Source of the DNA: an uncultured Pseudomonadota bacterium
Lineage (GTDB): Bacteria > Myxococcota_A > Polyangia > Fen-1088
Length of the DNA: 64,000 nucleotides
Direction: 5' to 3'
NCBI GenBank assembly: GCA_963847705.1
Contig: CAWKBC010000001.1
Location: 166,265 to 230,264, forward strand
The notes under the pieces are model-generated. The model was not told where the DNA came from, searched no databases, and worked only from the letters and a program-made list of their open reading frames with translations. The position numbers and the translations under genes were made by a program. This document shows positions 29,135 to 39,178 of this stretch, one piece after another (within the stretch, counting starts at the first letter, position 1; every line of letters starts with the position of its first letter).

Positions 29135-31816
29135 ATGGCTCGCTCTCGATCCGTAACCGTTCAATCCGTTCTGTGCGCCCTGTTGGCCTGCGTCAGCGGG
29201 TGCTCCGGGAAGAGCACCACGTCAGGGCCGCCGAGCGGTGCTGGCCGTGACGGATCCGGTGGAACGGGCGGCGCTGCTTCGGGCGGAAGCCCTGGGACGG
29301 GCGGCGGCGCCGGCGGAACAGGCGGCTCGGCGGCGGGCGGTTCTCAGGGAAGTGGCGGCCTGCAAGGGGTCGGTGGAAGCAACTCGAGCGGGGGCCACGG
29401 CGGGTCGCTCGGTCCCGCGACCGGAGGCGCCGTGGGCACGGCCGGTGCTCCAGGAACAGGAGGCCTTACGGGAACGGCGGGCGCCACGGGAGCCGCGGGC
29501 GCGGGTGGCGCGGGCTGTGGGTCCACAACGTCTCTCAAGCCGAGTGGCGTCAACGGGGCATCCACCGTGAACGACTCCTCGGCCAACGGTGCCTCGTTGG
29601 TCGGCCTGGCCAACACCGGACAAGGTGCCCAGGTCACGGGCACCCCGGCCGCCAGCATGCTGGCGATTCACTACGCGTCGACCTCGGTGGGCACGATCAG
29701 CGTGTCGGTCAATGGACAGACGGGCGTCAAGGTCAACGTTCACTCCTCGGGAGCCCTCACGGGTTCGTTCCTCAACGCCATCATCAGCATCGCGATTCCG
29801 GCCGATGCGACGGTGACCGTCAGCCGGGCTTCGGGCGACGTCGCCGTGAACATCGACAAGGTCATCGTGGGTGATTGCGATCTGGGCTTGCCTCCGGACA
29901 TCTGGAATCTGCCGACGTTCAAGCCGGCCTCGGGCCCCTACACGACCGATTGGACGGCGCTCGGCCTGACCTACGTCACGCCCGAGTGGTGGCGTGACGC
30001 CAAGCTCGGCGCGTGGGCGCACTGGGATCCGCAATCCATGCCCGAGCAGGGCGACTGGTACGCCTATCGTATGTATCAACAGGGGTCGGCCGACTTCAAT
30101 TATCAGGTCAGTCATTTCGGCGATCCGGGCGGGGCCACTCCCTACGGCTACAAGGACATCTGCGAGAACTGGGTGATCGACCAGTGGGATCCCACCAGCT
30201 TGATGGATCTGTACGTCCAGATGGGGGCAAGGTTCTTCATGGCGATGGGCTCCCACCATGACAACTTCGCGAACTACGGAACGATCTACCAACCCTGGAA
30301 CGCGGCGGCGATCGGCGTCAAGCAGGACATCGTCGCCGTGTGGGAACCACTCGCGCGCAAGGCGGGCTTGCGGTTCGGCATCGGTTTTCACAACACGCCG
30401 GCCCGCACCTGGGGCCAGTGGATGCCGATCCGTTACACCAGCGATACGAAAGGGCCTTACGACGCGTTGCAAACGATTCTAGATGGAAAGGGGAAGTGGT
30501 GGGCGGGAATGGATCCGGTGGATCTCTATGGCTACCAGCACACCACCGACTGTTCCAACCAGCAGTGCAACGACTCGCCCTATGGAACGCAGTTCATGTA
30601 TCGCGTCGATGAAGCGATCGACAAGTATCATCCCGACGTCGTCTACTTCGACGATCACGCGGGCGATTCTCAGGTCGATCTGGGCGTCCACATGGGATTG
30701 GGCTCCATCGCCACCACGATCCTGGCGAACTACTACAACAAGTCGCTGACCTGGAATCAGGGGAAGATGGACGTCGTCATGAACATGAAAGGGGTGGGCG
30801 GACAATACGACAGCTTCCAGGACAACGAAGCCCTGGTGCCTTACGTTCAACGCGCGCTGGTCAGGAGCACCGAGGCCAGCACGGAACCGCAGATCAGCGC
30901 TTATCCGTTCCAGACCGAGCTCGATATCCAGAGCGGGAACTGGCACTACCTGACCGGGGCGGGATACACCGACGCCGCGACTCTTGTCACCACGCTGATG
31001 CAGAACGTCTCCCGAAACGGAAGCCTGTTGCTGAACCTCACCCAGCACGGCCGGGGGAACCTCGACGCGCAGTGCATTCAAATCGCCCAGGACATCGGCG
31101 CCTGGCTGAAGGTCAACGGCGAGGCCGTGTATGCGTCCCGTCCTTTTGAAGTATCGGGCGAAGTCTCCTCCGGCAGCAACCAGACGGTGGCCTACACCCG
31201 CGATGACGGAAACGTGTATGCGACGCTGTTCGGCTGGAGCGGCGGCGCGATCTCGCTCCCGGCTCTGAAGTCGGGCGGGGCGACGGTGGGAACCGTGTCC
31301 AGGGTCGAAATGCTCGGCTCCAGCGTGGCGATGACGTTCTCTCAAACTGCTCAAGGGCTGACCGTGACGCCCGGTGGATCGGTGGCGGCTCTGTCGGGGA
31401 TCTCGAATCAGCAACTGGCCTCGAAGATGCGCGTCCTCCGGATCACGCATGACAAGGGCTGGATCAACGACGACGATCCGGGATCGGCGTCGCCGGGATG
31501 GCTTCGCACCTGCAACCTCGGCACCGGCGACTACAACAACGACCTGACCACCAGCAGCACCGTCGGCGCGGTCTGGACGTCGACGTTCACCGGCAGCTCC
31601 CTGACTGTCTACGCTCCGAAACAGTCGGGGGCCGGAAAGCTCGAGGTTCAGATCGATGGCCAGTCAAAAGGGACGGCGGATCTCTCCACCACGGGCGCAC
31701 GCCAGCCCCAGCAGCCGGTGTTCGTGGTGGCCGGGCTGACTGCGGGCAGTCACACGCTCAGTATCGTCAATCGTGGTCCCGGCTCGGTGGCGGTGGACGC
31801 CGTGGCCGTCCACTAA
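29135..31816 (+). CDS. GH29 alpha-L-fucosidase-family lipoprotein with flanking CBM-like domains
   Basis: WWRDAKLGAWAHW, HHDNF, VYFD, NVSRNGSLLLN, WLKVNGEAVYASRP; VSGC lipobox; GACAGT lies 7 nt before the ATG. Confidence 0.85.
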   Translation: MARSRSVTVQSVLCALLACVSGCSGKSTTSGPPSGAGRDGSGGTGGAASGGSPGTGGGAGGTGGSAAGGSQGSGGLQGVGGSNSSGGHGGSLGPATGGAVGTAGAPGTGGLTGTAGATGAAGAGGAGCGSTTSLKPSGVNGASTVNDSSANGASLVGLANTGQGAQVTGTPAASMLAIHYASTSVGTISVSVNGQTGVKVNVHSSGALTGSFLNAIISIAIPADATVTVSRASGDVAVNIDKVIVGDCDLGLPPDIWNLPTFKPASGPYTTDWTALGLTYVTPEWWRDAKLGAWAHWDPQSMPEQGDWYAYRMYQQGSADFNYQVSHFGDPGGATPYGYKDICENWVIDQWDPTSLMDLYVQMGARFFMAMGSHHDNFANYGTIYQPWNAAAIGVKQDIVAVWEPLARKAGLRFGIGFHNTPARTWGQWMPIRYTSDTKGPYDALQTILDGKGKWWAGMDPVDLYGYQHTTDCSNQQCNDSPYGTQFMYRVDEAIDKYHPDVVYFDDHAGDSQVDLGVHMGLGSIATTILANYYNKSLTWNQGKMDVVMNMKGVGGQYDSFQDNEALVPYVQRALVRSTEASTEPQISAYPFQTELDIQSGNWHYLTGAGYTDAATLVTTLMQNVSRNGSLLLNLTQHGRGNLDAQCIQIAQDIGAWLKVNGEAVYASRPFEVSGEVSSGSNQTVAYTRDDGNVYATLFGWSGGAISLPALKSGGATVGTVSRVEMLGSSVAMTFSQTAQGLTVTPGGSVAALSGISNQQLASKMRVLRITHDKGWINDDDPGSASPGWLRTCNLGTGDYNNDLTTSSTVGAVWTSTFTGSSLTVYAPKQSGAGKLEVQIDGQSKGTADLSTTGARQPQQPVFVVAGLTAGSHTLSIVNRGPGSVAVDAVAVH

Positions 31817-31846
31817 GAACCGCCCCGGGATTCGCGTCCTCGCGGA

Positions 31847-33553
31847 TCAGTGCCCATATCCCGCGGCAACGATGTTCGCTTGTACGGCGTCGTCGGTCCC
31901 GTCGGACGGCGCGCCCATCGTCATCGCTCCCTCGAACCAGATCCCGGTGCCTGTGTTCAATCCGTCGCCACCCGTGCCCAGGATGATGGCGCCTTCCTTC
32001 TTTTGGGGGCTATATCCGGGGGGACGCGCGCCGTAGTTCATGGTGTCCGCGTTGAACTTGAAGGCCAGCTTGCCCGACGCGGCGTTCGCCGCCTTGAGCG
32101 CGAAGCAGCCCGACGACGTGAGGCCCGTCGGGCAGTCCTTGGCCGAGAGGCCCTTCAGCATGGCGGTGACGTAGCCGAACCCGGTCACCGAGGTGTTGCT
32201 GGCCACCTTCGACGAGCCGTTTTCGTAGCCTTCATACATTCCGTTCTCCAGGTCTGCCGCCACCCAGGGGCCACTGCCACCCCCGGACTGCCCGAACTGC
32301 GTGTCGGCGCCCCAGTAGATGGCCTCCATCGTGGCATTGCCGTCGTCGATTCCGGGCAGCTCCGAGTTTCCGTAGTCGAAGCAGCACCAATCGCCGTACG
32401 TCTTTCCGTCGAGCACCGAGTACATGGCCTCGGCCTGGTCGCCCGTCGCGATGTTTTTGGTGGTTTGGTTCCAGACGACGGTCGACGAGCTGCTGGTCCC
32501 CGTGTAGCTGGTCGTGAGCGTCACTGTCGTCGCGGCGCTCATCGCGGAAGCGGTGAGGTAGATCTTGAAGTTGCAGTTGTTGGGCCAGGAGTTGGCCGGG
32601 CAATCCTTGCTGTTCGCGGCAAAGAGGAGCGCCGTGTTCGCGGAGAGCGTCTGCGGGCTCGAGAACGTGACGGTCGACGAGCCCTTGTTGATGGCGGCTG
32701 TTCCCGACAGAGCGACGCCTGTTCGATAGGCGACGTTCGTACCGGACTTGATCCCGTAGACGGAATGCCCGCCGACGCTGATCTTGGCTGCGTTCGCCGT
32801 CGCCGGATTGCCGCCACTCTGCAACCAGTACGCGAACCAGGTCACGCGAAGGTGGTTACCGTTGGGCGACTGGTCATAGATGATCGGGATCGTGCAGCTG
32901 GTGCCGGAGCAGAAGGAGTCCTGCACGGAACTGTCGGCGTAGCCTCCGGTGCCGACCAGGATGTCCTTGGTGGACTTGTCGGACGCGCGCTGGACCTGAT
33001 AGAGGGGACCCGTGTACGCGCCGTACAATGCGCGAACCGTGCTGTGGGCCGCCCCGCAGGGGGTGTTGCCCGCTTGATAGATGTCGCAAGGTCCGGTCGC
33101 GCCCGAACCCGCGGTCCCACCCGTCGGCGAGCTGCCGCCCGACCCGGCGGTCCCGGCGGAACCTCCACGCGAGCCGCTCGCCCCGCCCGCGCCAGTCGTG
33201 CCGCCCGGGCTGATCATTCCGCCGAGACCCGTTGCGCCACCGGTGCTCGTCGTTCCGCCGGAGCCGATCGTGCCGCCACGTCCGGCGCTGCCGCCCGCGC
33301 CGGTGACGCCGCCGCTGGCGGTCGTGTCACCCGTCCCGGTCATGCCGCCGGTCCCCGGCGAGCCGCCCGACGCCGTCGACCCGCCGCTGCCGACCGCGCC
33401 CCCAGTCTGAGCGCTTCCTCCTGATGCCGACGTGTGCCCGCCGCTGCCCGACTCCGTCGTTGAACTGTTCGTCGGCCCGGCGGCGCAACCGTCGAGAACG
33501 GTCGCTGTGATTATGCAAGCACAGAGCGTCAGTACAGATCCAATTGATCGCAT
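31847..33553 (-). CDS. GH54 alpha-L-arabinofuranosidase lipoprotein with internal insertion
   Basis: GPCDIY, CCFDYGN, ATMEAIY, AADLENG, GTGGD, AAGYGH; LDGC lipobox. Confidence 0.88.
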   Translation of the reverse strand: MRSIGSVLTLCACIITATVLDGCAAGPTNSSTTESGSGGHTSASGGSAQTGGAVGSGGSTASGGSPGTGGMTGTGDTTASGGVTGAGGSAGRGGTIGSGGTTSTGGATGLGGMISPGGTTGAGGASGSRGGSAGTAGSGGSSPTGGTAGSGATGPCDIYQAGNTPCGAAHSTVRALYGAYTGPLYQVQRASDKSTKDILVGTGGYADSSVQDSFCSGTSCTIPIIYDQSPNGNHLRVTWFAYWLQSGGNPATANAAKISVGGHSVYGIKSGTNVAYRTGVALSGTAAINKGSSTVTFSSPQTLSANTALLFAANSKDCPANSWPNNCNFKIYLTASAMSAATTVTLTTSYTGTSSSSTVVWNQTTKNIATGDQAEAMYSVLDGKTYGDWCCFDYGNSELPGIDDGNATMEAIYWGADTQFGQSGGGSGPWVAADLENGMYEGYENGSSKVASNTSVTGFGYVTAMLKGLSAKDCPTGLTSSGCFALKAANAASGKLAFKFNADTMNYGARPPGYSPQKKEGAIILGTGGDGLNTGTGIWFEGAMTMGAPSDGTDDAVQANIVAAGYGH

Positions 33554-33560
33554 GCCCCTA

Positions 33561-33585
33561 ACTGCCAGGGAGAACCCGCTTGTGC
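33561..33585 (-). promoter_or_regulatory. Putative promoter GCACAA-N13-GGCAGT, 7 nt before ATG 33553
   Basis: Recurring motif. Confidence 0.55.
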
Positions 33586-33768
33586 TCAGGATTCATGCGG
33601 TCCAAGTCCCTGGTGATCCAGCCAGCCGAGCGGACACATCGATTCACGCGCCCTTCGCGCTATCGCCTGCCGCACCAGTTCGGAGGCGAACGAGGACTCG
33701 TCCGTCTCGGGGATCTCCGGTGTCAGCGCATCGGAGGTCACTCTCCCGCGCTGCTCATCATCGTCCAC
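33586..33768 (-). CDS. Putative 60-aa small protein
   Basis: Fills the intergenic gap; its GTG lies 8 nt after a strong copy of the promoter motif. Confidence 0.4.
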   Translation of the reverse strand: MDDDEQRGRVTSDALTPEIPETDESSFASELVRQAIARRARESMCPLGWLDHQGLGPHES

Positions 33769-33776
33769 GACTTGGT

Positions 33777-33801
33777 ACTGTCGCGCCCGGCGGCGATGTG
33801 C
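33777..33801 (-). promoter_or_regulatory. Putative promoter GCACAT-N13-GACAGT
   Basis: Recurring motif; same boxes as 55712-55736. Confidence 0.55.
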
Positions 33802-33829
33802 ACGGCAACGGGATTTCTCCCGCGCACCC

Positions 33830-35890
33830 CTACTTGGACATGACGAGGAGGGCCACGGAGTTGGCCGCCAGCGAGACCCCGGAGATGGCTCCGTTCGTGA
33901 CTGCGATGGAGGTGTCCGCCGCAGGAGTGCCGCCTCCCGTCATCCGGTAGACCTGTGCGGAGCCCGCCGGTGTGAAGTTCTTCAGAGTGATGGACAGTCC
34001 CGTCTGGTTCGCACCGCTGACGTTCACCAGCATTACCGAGACCTTCGTGGGGTTCGTAGGCGAATCAGCTGCCGCGTAGACGTTGACTCCCTTGTTGGGG
34101 CTCGCGGCGCCGATGGAGTAGGCGCCGAAGCCGCCGCCGTTGCCGTCGTAGTTCCGGTACATGGCCATCGCGTTGTAGACCGGCAGATGGGTCGAGCCGT
34201 GCACCAGCGTCACGAAGTACGAGGCGACCTGGTATCCGAGGCGCCCGTACATCCCGAGCAGGTCGGCCAGCTGCGCGCCCGAGGTGGCGTCGGGCGTGTT
34301 GCCGTCGCCGCCGTCGTTCGGGACGTTGTACTCGCTGACGCAGATGCCTGTCCCCGGATAGGCCGAGTTGATCCAGCCCTGGACGCGGGGGACGACCGAG
34401 GTGGTGGTGGTGTCCCAGAAGGACGACGTGTCGCCGAGACCCTTGCGTGGATAGAGGAAGGGATAGTGCATGTCGACGCAGTCGAGCAGGCGCACGTGCG
34501 TCGATGCTTCTTGCGTGGCCGCCAGCTTCAAGATCGCCATGGTGAGCGAATTGGTGACGCTGTAGGGGCCGGCGGGGCTGCCGCACTCGACGTTGGAGAG
34601 CGCGACCAGGTCGTCGGCGTTCTCCGTGCACATGAAGAGCACCGATGAAGTCGGGTCGGACGTCTTGACGGCCTTCGCGTAGGCCAGTGTCCGGTTGATG
34701 AAGTCCTGGTTGAGGCTGGTCCCGATGCTGCTGTTGGTCGTGTAGAACGGCTCGCACCAGGTGCCGGGCGGGTAGAGCGCCGGGTAGATGTCCGTGCGCA
34801 GGGCCTGCCAGTTGTCGGGCTCGTTGTCGAGCTGGTAGTACTTCACGCCGCCGCTGGCCGCCGGGCCGAACGTCGAGACCAGGTGGGTGACCCAGTCGCC
34901 CATGAACGACGTGTCGAGCACGCTGGATCCTTTGTCGACGACCTCCTCTTCCGACGTGCCGAGCGTCTGGCAGCAGGTGGAGATGGCGCTGCCGCCGGCG
35001 CAGTTGGGCGTGCCCGGGTTCGGGGTGGTCATGCTGGAGACCCACCCGCTGATGGGGATCGTCATCAGCGTGTCCGCGTGCTTCGTGATGTTGTAGTGGA
35101 CGAACTGATCCGAGCTGGTCGAGAGCGACGAGTCGGGCGTCGGCGAGGTGAACCGCCCCTTGTAGTTCGCGCAGTTCCAGTCGTTGCCCGAATTGGAGAC
35201 GTCGATCTTCCAGTTGTACGAGCTGACGGCGTCGCCGCCCCAGCGGTTGAGCGCCGCGACCTGCATCGAGTCGTCGCTGGAGAACGCCACGCCGTAGATC
35301 CCCGGGGAGATCGGGGTCAGCTGGGACTTGGCATCGACGACGACGCTGGTGGTGCTCGAGGAGGCGACGCAGGTCTGGGAGGATCCGCAGAGCTGCGATG
35401 GGGGGCACCCGCCGCAGGTGTGCCCGCAGCCGTCGTCGCCGCACGTCTTGCCGCTGCAGTTGGGCGTGCATGCCACCACGGTGCCGCCCGTGCCCGTCGA
35501 CCCGCCCGACGACGTGTTCCCGCCTGAGCCATTTGAACCGGCTTTCCCGCCCGCGCCGCCGGACGAAGTCGTGTTGCCGCCCGCACCGGCTCTTCCGCCA
35601 GCGCCCCCGGTCGATCCTCCGCTGCCGCCGCCTTTGCCCGCGTTACCACCCGTGCTGGTGCCACCCGTTCCGCCGCTGGCGTTTCCACCGGTTCCGACCG
35701 AACCCCCGCTGGCTCCGCCGGTGCCGTTGCCGTTACCGCCCTTGCCGCTATTGCCTCCGCTGGCTCCGCCGGTGCCACTCGCCAGGCCACCTGTCCCGCC
35801 CGTCCCCGACGGTCCGCCTCCGCTGTTAGAGCTCCCGCAGCTCGTGCAGGCCCACAGTGCGACGACGGTCAGGATAAGGGCTTTCTTCAT
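33830..35890 (-). CDS. GH44 endoglucanase/xyloglucanase-family lipoprotein with Cys-rich repeat
   Basis: PISPGIYG, NRWGG..SSYNW, YYQLDNEP, VSEYN, NYDGNGGGFG; CTPNCSGKTCGDDGCG module. Confidence 0.85.
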   Translation of the reverse strand: MKKALILTVVALWACTSCGSSNSGGGPSGTGGTGGLASGTGGASGGNSGKGGNGNGTGGASGGSVGTGGNASGGTGGTSTGGNAGKGGGSGGSTGGAGGRAGAGGNTTSSGGAGGKAGSNGSGGNTSSGGSTGTGGTVVACTPNCSGKTCGDDGCGHTCGGCPPSQLCGSSQTCVASSSTTSVVVDAKSQLTPISPGIYGVAFSSDDSMQVAALNRWGGDAVSSYNWKIDVSNSGNDWNCANYKGRFTSPTPDSSLSTSSDQFVHYNITKHADTLMTIPISGWVSSMTTPNPGTPNCAGGSAISTCCQTLGTSEEEVVDKGSSVLDTSFMGDWVTHLVSTFGPAASGGVKYYQLDNEPDNWQALRTDIYPALYPPGTWCEPFYTTNSSIGTSLNQDFINRTLAYAKAVKTSDPTSSVLFMCTENADDLVALSNVECGSPAGPYSVTNSLTMAILKLAATQEASTHVRLLDCVDMHYPFLYPRKGLGDTSSFWDTTTTSVVPRVQGWINSAYPGTGICVSEYNVPNDGGDGNTPDATSGAQLADLLGMYGRLGYQVASYFVTLVHGSTHLPVYNAMAMYRNYDGNGGGFGAYSIGAASPNKGVNVYAAADSPTNPTKVSVMLVNVSGANQTGLSITLKNFTPAGSAQVYRMTGGGTPAADTSIAVTNGAISGVSLAANSVALLVMSK

Positions 35891-35951
35891 GAATTCTCCG
35901 AGTCGGCGGACAGCGCATCAAAGGCGTAAGGACGGCGAGACACCCCATATA

Positions 35952-35976
35952 CCTGCCGTGGGCGAGTTGGTTGTGT
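35952..35976 (-). promoter_or_regulatory. Putative promoter ACACAA-N13-GGCAGG
   Basis: Recurring motif upstream of GH44. Confidence 0.5.
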
Positions 35977-36084
35977 ACTGAAAAGTGTTCGGACCGTCCG
36001 CGCCACCCGTTCCGGTCGAGCCGTCCATCGCGCTCGCGCCGCCCATTGCGGCTGGTGGCCGCGAGGTCCGATGCGGTTCAGCCG

Positions 36085-36109
36085 ACACAAAACCGATCGA
36101 TTCGACAGT
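36085..36109 (+). promoter_or_regulatory. Putative promoter ACACAA-N13-GACAGT, 7 nt before in-frame ATG 36117
   Basis: Recurring motif. Confidence 0.55.
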
Positions 36110-36116
36110 ATCGGCC

Positions 36117-37634
36117 ATGTCGAGTCTTCGGACACCAACGGCGACACGCGAGGACCACGAGCGCAGATGTGAGGGCAGCGCTCTGCCCTGGGGGCCTTCT
36201 GTGATCGAGAGCAGGTCGTGTGTTGGCGTTCTCTCGCTTTCGATATCGCTCTTCCTTGCTGTCTCAGGGTGTTCGCCGGGAACGGGAGGAGCGACTGGTC
36301 AGGGAGGATCCAGTGCCGCCGGAGGTGCCTCCGAAGACTCGGGCGGTGCGACGGGCTCGGGCGGTGCGACGGGCTCGGGCGGTGCAACGGGCTCGGGCGG
36401 TGCAACGGGCTCGGGCGGTGCAACGGGCTCGGGCGGTGCAACGGGCTCGGGCGGTGCAACGGGCTCGGGTGGGCGGGCTGGCGCGGGCGGTGCGAGCGGC
36501 AAAGGCGGAACGGGCGCAAATGGCCAGGGAGGCAGCGCCGGAAGGAGCGCGACCGGCGGCTCGTCAGGGGGCGCGGGTGGAATCGCCGCCACCGGTGGCT
36601 CGTGGGCCGCGGATGGGGGCCTCGACGCGGGCAGGTCGGCTCTCGCCGGACCGTGCGACATCTTCGGGACTGGCAACACCCCTTGCGTCGCCGCGCACAG
36701 CACGGTGCGACTGTTGGCGAGCACGTACAGCGGGCCGCTCTATCAGGTTCGGCGCGCCTCCGACAGCAAGACCCAAGACATCGCGTTTCTGGCGCAATCC
36801 GGTGCGGCCGACTCTGCCGCGCAGGAAATGTTTTGTACCGGCACCACCTGCACCATTTCGGTCATCTACGATCAATCGGGGAAGAACAATCACCTCAGGA
36901 GATCGTCGGGCGGCGCCGAGGTGTGCCGACACCAAGACCTGGAGGCTGTCGCCGACGCGTTGCCGATGAAGATCGGTGGTCAAAAGGTTTACGGCATCAA
37001 GGTCGTGTCCGACAACAGCGGTCCCTGCACGCCAGCTGCAGGAGGCGAGGGGACCGGCTACCGCCTCGACCAGACGACGGGCGTCGCCAAGGGTGACACT
37101 GCCGAGACCGAATACATGGTCACGAGCGGTGCCACGCAGGCCTACGGCAACAGTGGTTGCTGCTTCGACTATGGCAACGTGGAGACAGACGACAAAGATG
37201 ACGGCGCCGGCACGATGGAGGCGATCTACTTCGGCGGCGGAGCCGGCTGGGGCCACGGCGGGGGAAGTGGGCCGTGGGTCATGGCCGACATGGAGAACGG
37301 CATATTCTCCGGCTCAACCAACGCCTACACCGGGAACACGTCGGTGCCCTATTCCTATGCGACCGCGGTTCTGATTGGCAGAGCGGGAGGAACGTACTCG
37401 CTCATGGCCGGGAATGCGCAGACCGGTAATCTCACGATCATGTATGACGGGGCGCGGCCCAGCGGCTACACCACGATGAAGAAGCAAGGCGCCATCGTTT
37501 TGGGCACGGGCGGCGACAACAGTGACCACGGCCAGGGATATTTCTTCGAAGGCGCGATGACCGCCGGCGCTGCGTCGGCCGCCGTCATGGACATGATTCA
37601 AGCCAATATTCTTGCCGCTGGGTATGGGAAGTAG
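36117..37634 (+). CDS. GH54 alpha-L-arabinofuranosidase lipoprotein
   Basis: GPCDIF, CCFDYGN, GTMEAIYFG, MADMENG, GTGGDNS; VSGC lipobox; start uncertain. Confidence 0.88.
   Translation: MSSLRTPTATREDHERRCEGSALPWGPSVIESRSCVGVLSLSISLFLAVSGCSPGTGGATGQGGSSAAGGASEDSGGATGSGGATGSGGATGSGGATGSGGATGSGGATGSGGATGSGGRAGAGGASGKGGTGANGQGGSAGRSATGGSSGGAGGIAATGGSWAADGGLDAGRSALAGPCDIFGTGNTPCVAAHSTVRLLASTYSGPLYQVRRASDSKTQDIAFLAQSGAADSAAQEMFCTGTTCTISVIYDQSGKNNHLRRSSGGAEVCRHQDLEAVADALPMKIGGQKVYGIKVVSDNSGPCTPAAGGEGTGYRLDQTTGVAKGDTAETEYMVTSGATQAYGNSGCCFDYGNVETDDKDDGAGTMEAIYFGGGAGWGHGGGSGPWVMADMENGIFSGSTNAYTGNTSVPYSYATAVLIGRAGGTYSLMAGNAQTGNLTIMYDGARPSGYTTMKKQGAIVLGTGGDNSDHGQGYFFEGAMTAGAASAAVMDMIQANILAAGYGK
36339..36464. 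repeat. 7 x 18-bp coding repeat (SGGATG)
   Basis: tcgggcggtgc(g/a)acgggc tandem within the linker. Confidence 0.9.
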
Positions 37635-37652
37635 CCGCAGGCGAGGAACCTT

Positions 37653-37678
37653 GCACAAATAGGTCGGCCCGCGACAGT
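37653..37678 (+). promoter_or_regulatory. Putative promoter GCACAA-N14-GACAGT
   Basis: Recurring motif. Confidence 0.55.
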
Positions 37679-37716
37679 AACTCCTACCGGCGATACCGCC
37701 GCCTACGGAGGTTCTC

Positions 37717-39162
37717 TTGCGAAGCACGAAACGGGTCGCTCGGCCACGGCTCATTCTCACGCTCGCTGTTTCGCTGGGGCTGATGCTCCTCGGCTGTTCG
37801 ACGCCCGGGACCGTGACGGACGGCGGGTCGGGAGAGGACACTAGATCGGGCGGGACCGGGGGGACCGGCGGCGCCGCCGGCGGGGTGAACGGATCGGGCG
37901 GTGCGACGGGTGGATCAGGTTCAGGACAGAGCGGCTCGGGTGGCACCAGCGGGACTGGCGGGACCGGTCCAACCGGCACGGGTGGCGGACCGGGTGGCTC
38001 GGGAATGGGAGGCGCGGCCGGCCTGGGCGCGGCGGGGAAGACGGGGACGGGAGGCGCCATCGCCACGGGCGGCTCACATGCCGGCGGTGCCGGGGGAAGT
38101 GGCGGTGTTGGGGGCAGCGGCGGGAGAGGCGGTGCCGGCGGTGCGGGCGGCACCGGCGGGACAGCGACAGGTGGCGCGGGCGGCACGACCGCCACCGCCA
38201 CGGGGCCGTGCGACATCTTCGCTGCCGGCGACACGCCATGCGTCGCGGCCCACAGCACGGTTCGCGCGCTTTACGGAAGCTATGGCGGGCCGCTGTATCA
38301 GGTCAGGCGCGCCTCGGACAAGGGCACCGAGGACATCCCCGTCCTGAGCGCGGGAGGCTACGCGAACGCGTCCGTGCAGGATTCCTTCTGCGCGGGAACC
38401 ACCTGCACCATCTCCGTCCTTTACGATCAGTCTGCCAACGCCAATCACCTGACCAAGTCACCACCGGGCGGATGGTTGACGAACGGGGGCCTGGAGGCGA
38501 ACGCCACGGCTGCCAAGATCACCGCGAACGGGCACACGGCCTATGGCGTCTACACGACCTCAAACTTCGACAACACCGTCGGCGCGGTCGGCTACCGCAA
38601 CAACAGCACGAAGGGTGTCGCGACGGGGGACGAGCCCGAAGCGATGTACATGGTCGTGAGCGGCAAGCATTACAACCAGTGGTGCTGCTTCGATTACGGC
38701 AACGCGGAGACAAACAACACGGACGACGGCAAGGCCACCATGGAGGCCGTCTACTTTGGGAACAGCACGCAGTGGGGGATGGGAAGCGGCTCCGGCCCGT
38801 GGGTGATGGCTGATCTGGAGGACGGGGTTTACGCGGGCGGTTCGACGGCAGCGCCGGCGACGAACACCTCCCTCGTCGCCAGCTACGTCACGGCGATGCT
38901 CAAAGGTCCCTCCGGGAATCAGTTCGTTCTCAAGGGTGGTGACGCGCAGTCTGGCGCCCTCGCGACCAAGTACGATGGGGCGCGTCCGGCCGGCTACAGT
39001 CCCCAGAAGAAACAGGGCGCGATCATCTTGGGAATCGGCGGAGACAACAGCCACACCGGCGAGGGTACGTTCTTCGAAGGGTGTATGACCGCTGGCGTAC
39101 CGTCGGATTCCGTCGACGACGCGGTCGAGGCCAACATCGTCGCCGCCGGCTACGGACGCTGA
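37717..39162 (+). CDS. GH54 alpha-L-arabinofuranosidase lipoprotein
   Basis: CCFDYGN, ATMEAVYFG, MADLEDG, GIGGDNS; LLGC lipobox; GGAGG SD before TTG. Confidence 0.9.
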   Translation: MRSTKRVARPRLILTLAVSLGLMLLGCSTPGTVTDGGSGEDTRSGGTGGTGGAAGGVNGSGGATGGSGSGQSGSGGTSGTGGTGPTGTGGGPGGSGMGGAAGLGAAGKTGTGGAIATGGSHAGGAGGSGGVGGSGGRGGAGGAGGTGGTATGGAGGTTATATGPCDIFAAGDTPCVAAHSTVRALYGSYGGPLYQVRRASDKGTEDIPVLSAGGYANASVQDSFCAGTTCTISVLYDQSANANHLTKSPPGGWLTNGGLEANATAAKITANGHTAYGVYTTSNFDNTVGAVGYRNNSTKGVATGDEPEAMYMVVSGKHYNQWCCFDYGNAETNNTDDGKATMEAVYFGNSTQWGMGSGSGPWVMADLEDGVYAGGSTAAPATNTSLVASYVTAMLKGPSGNQFVLKGGDAQSGALATKYDGARPAGYSPQKKQGAIILGIGGDNSHTGEGTFFEGCMTAGVPSDSVDDAVEANIVAAGYGR

Positions 39163-39178
39163 TCGCCGGCCGGTCCGC

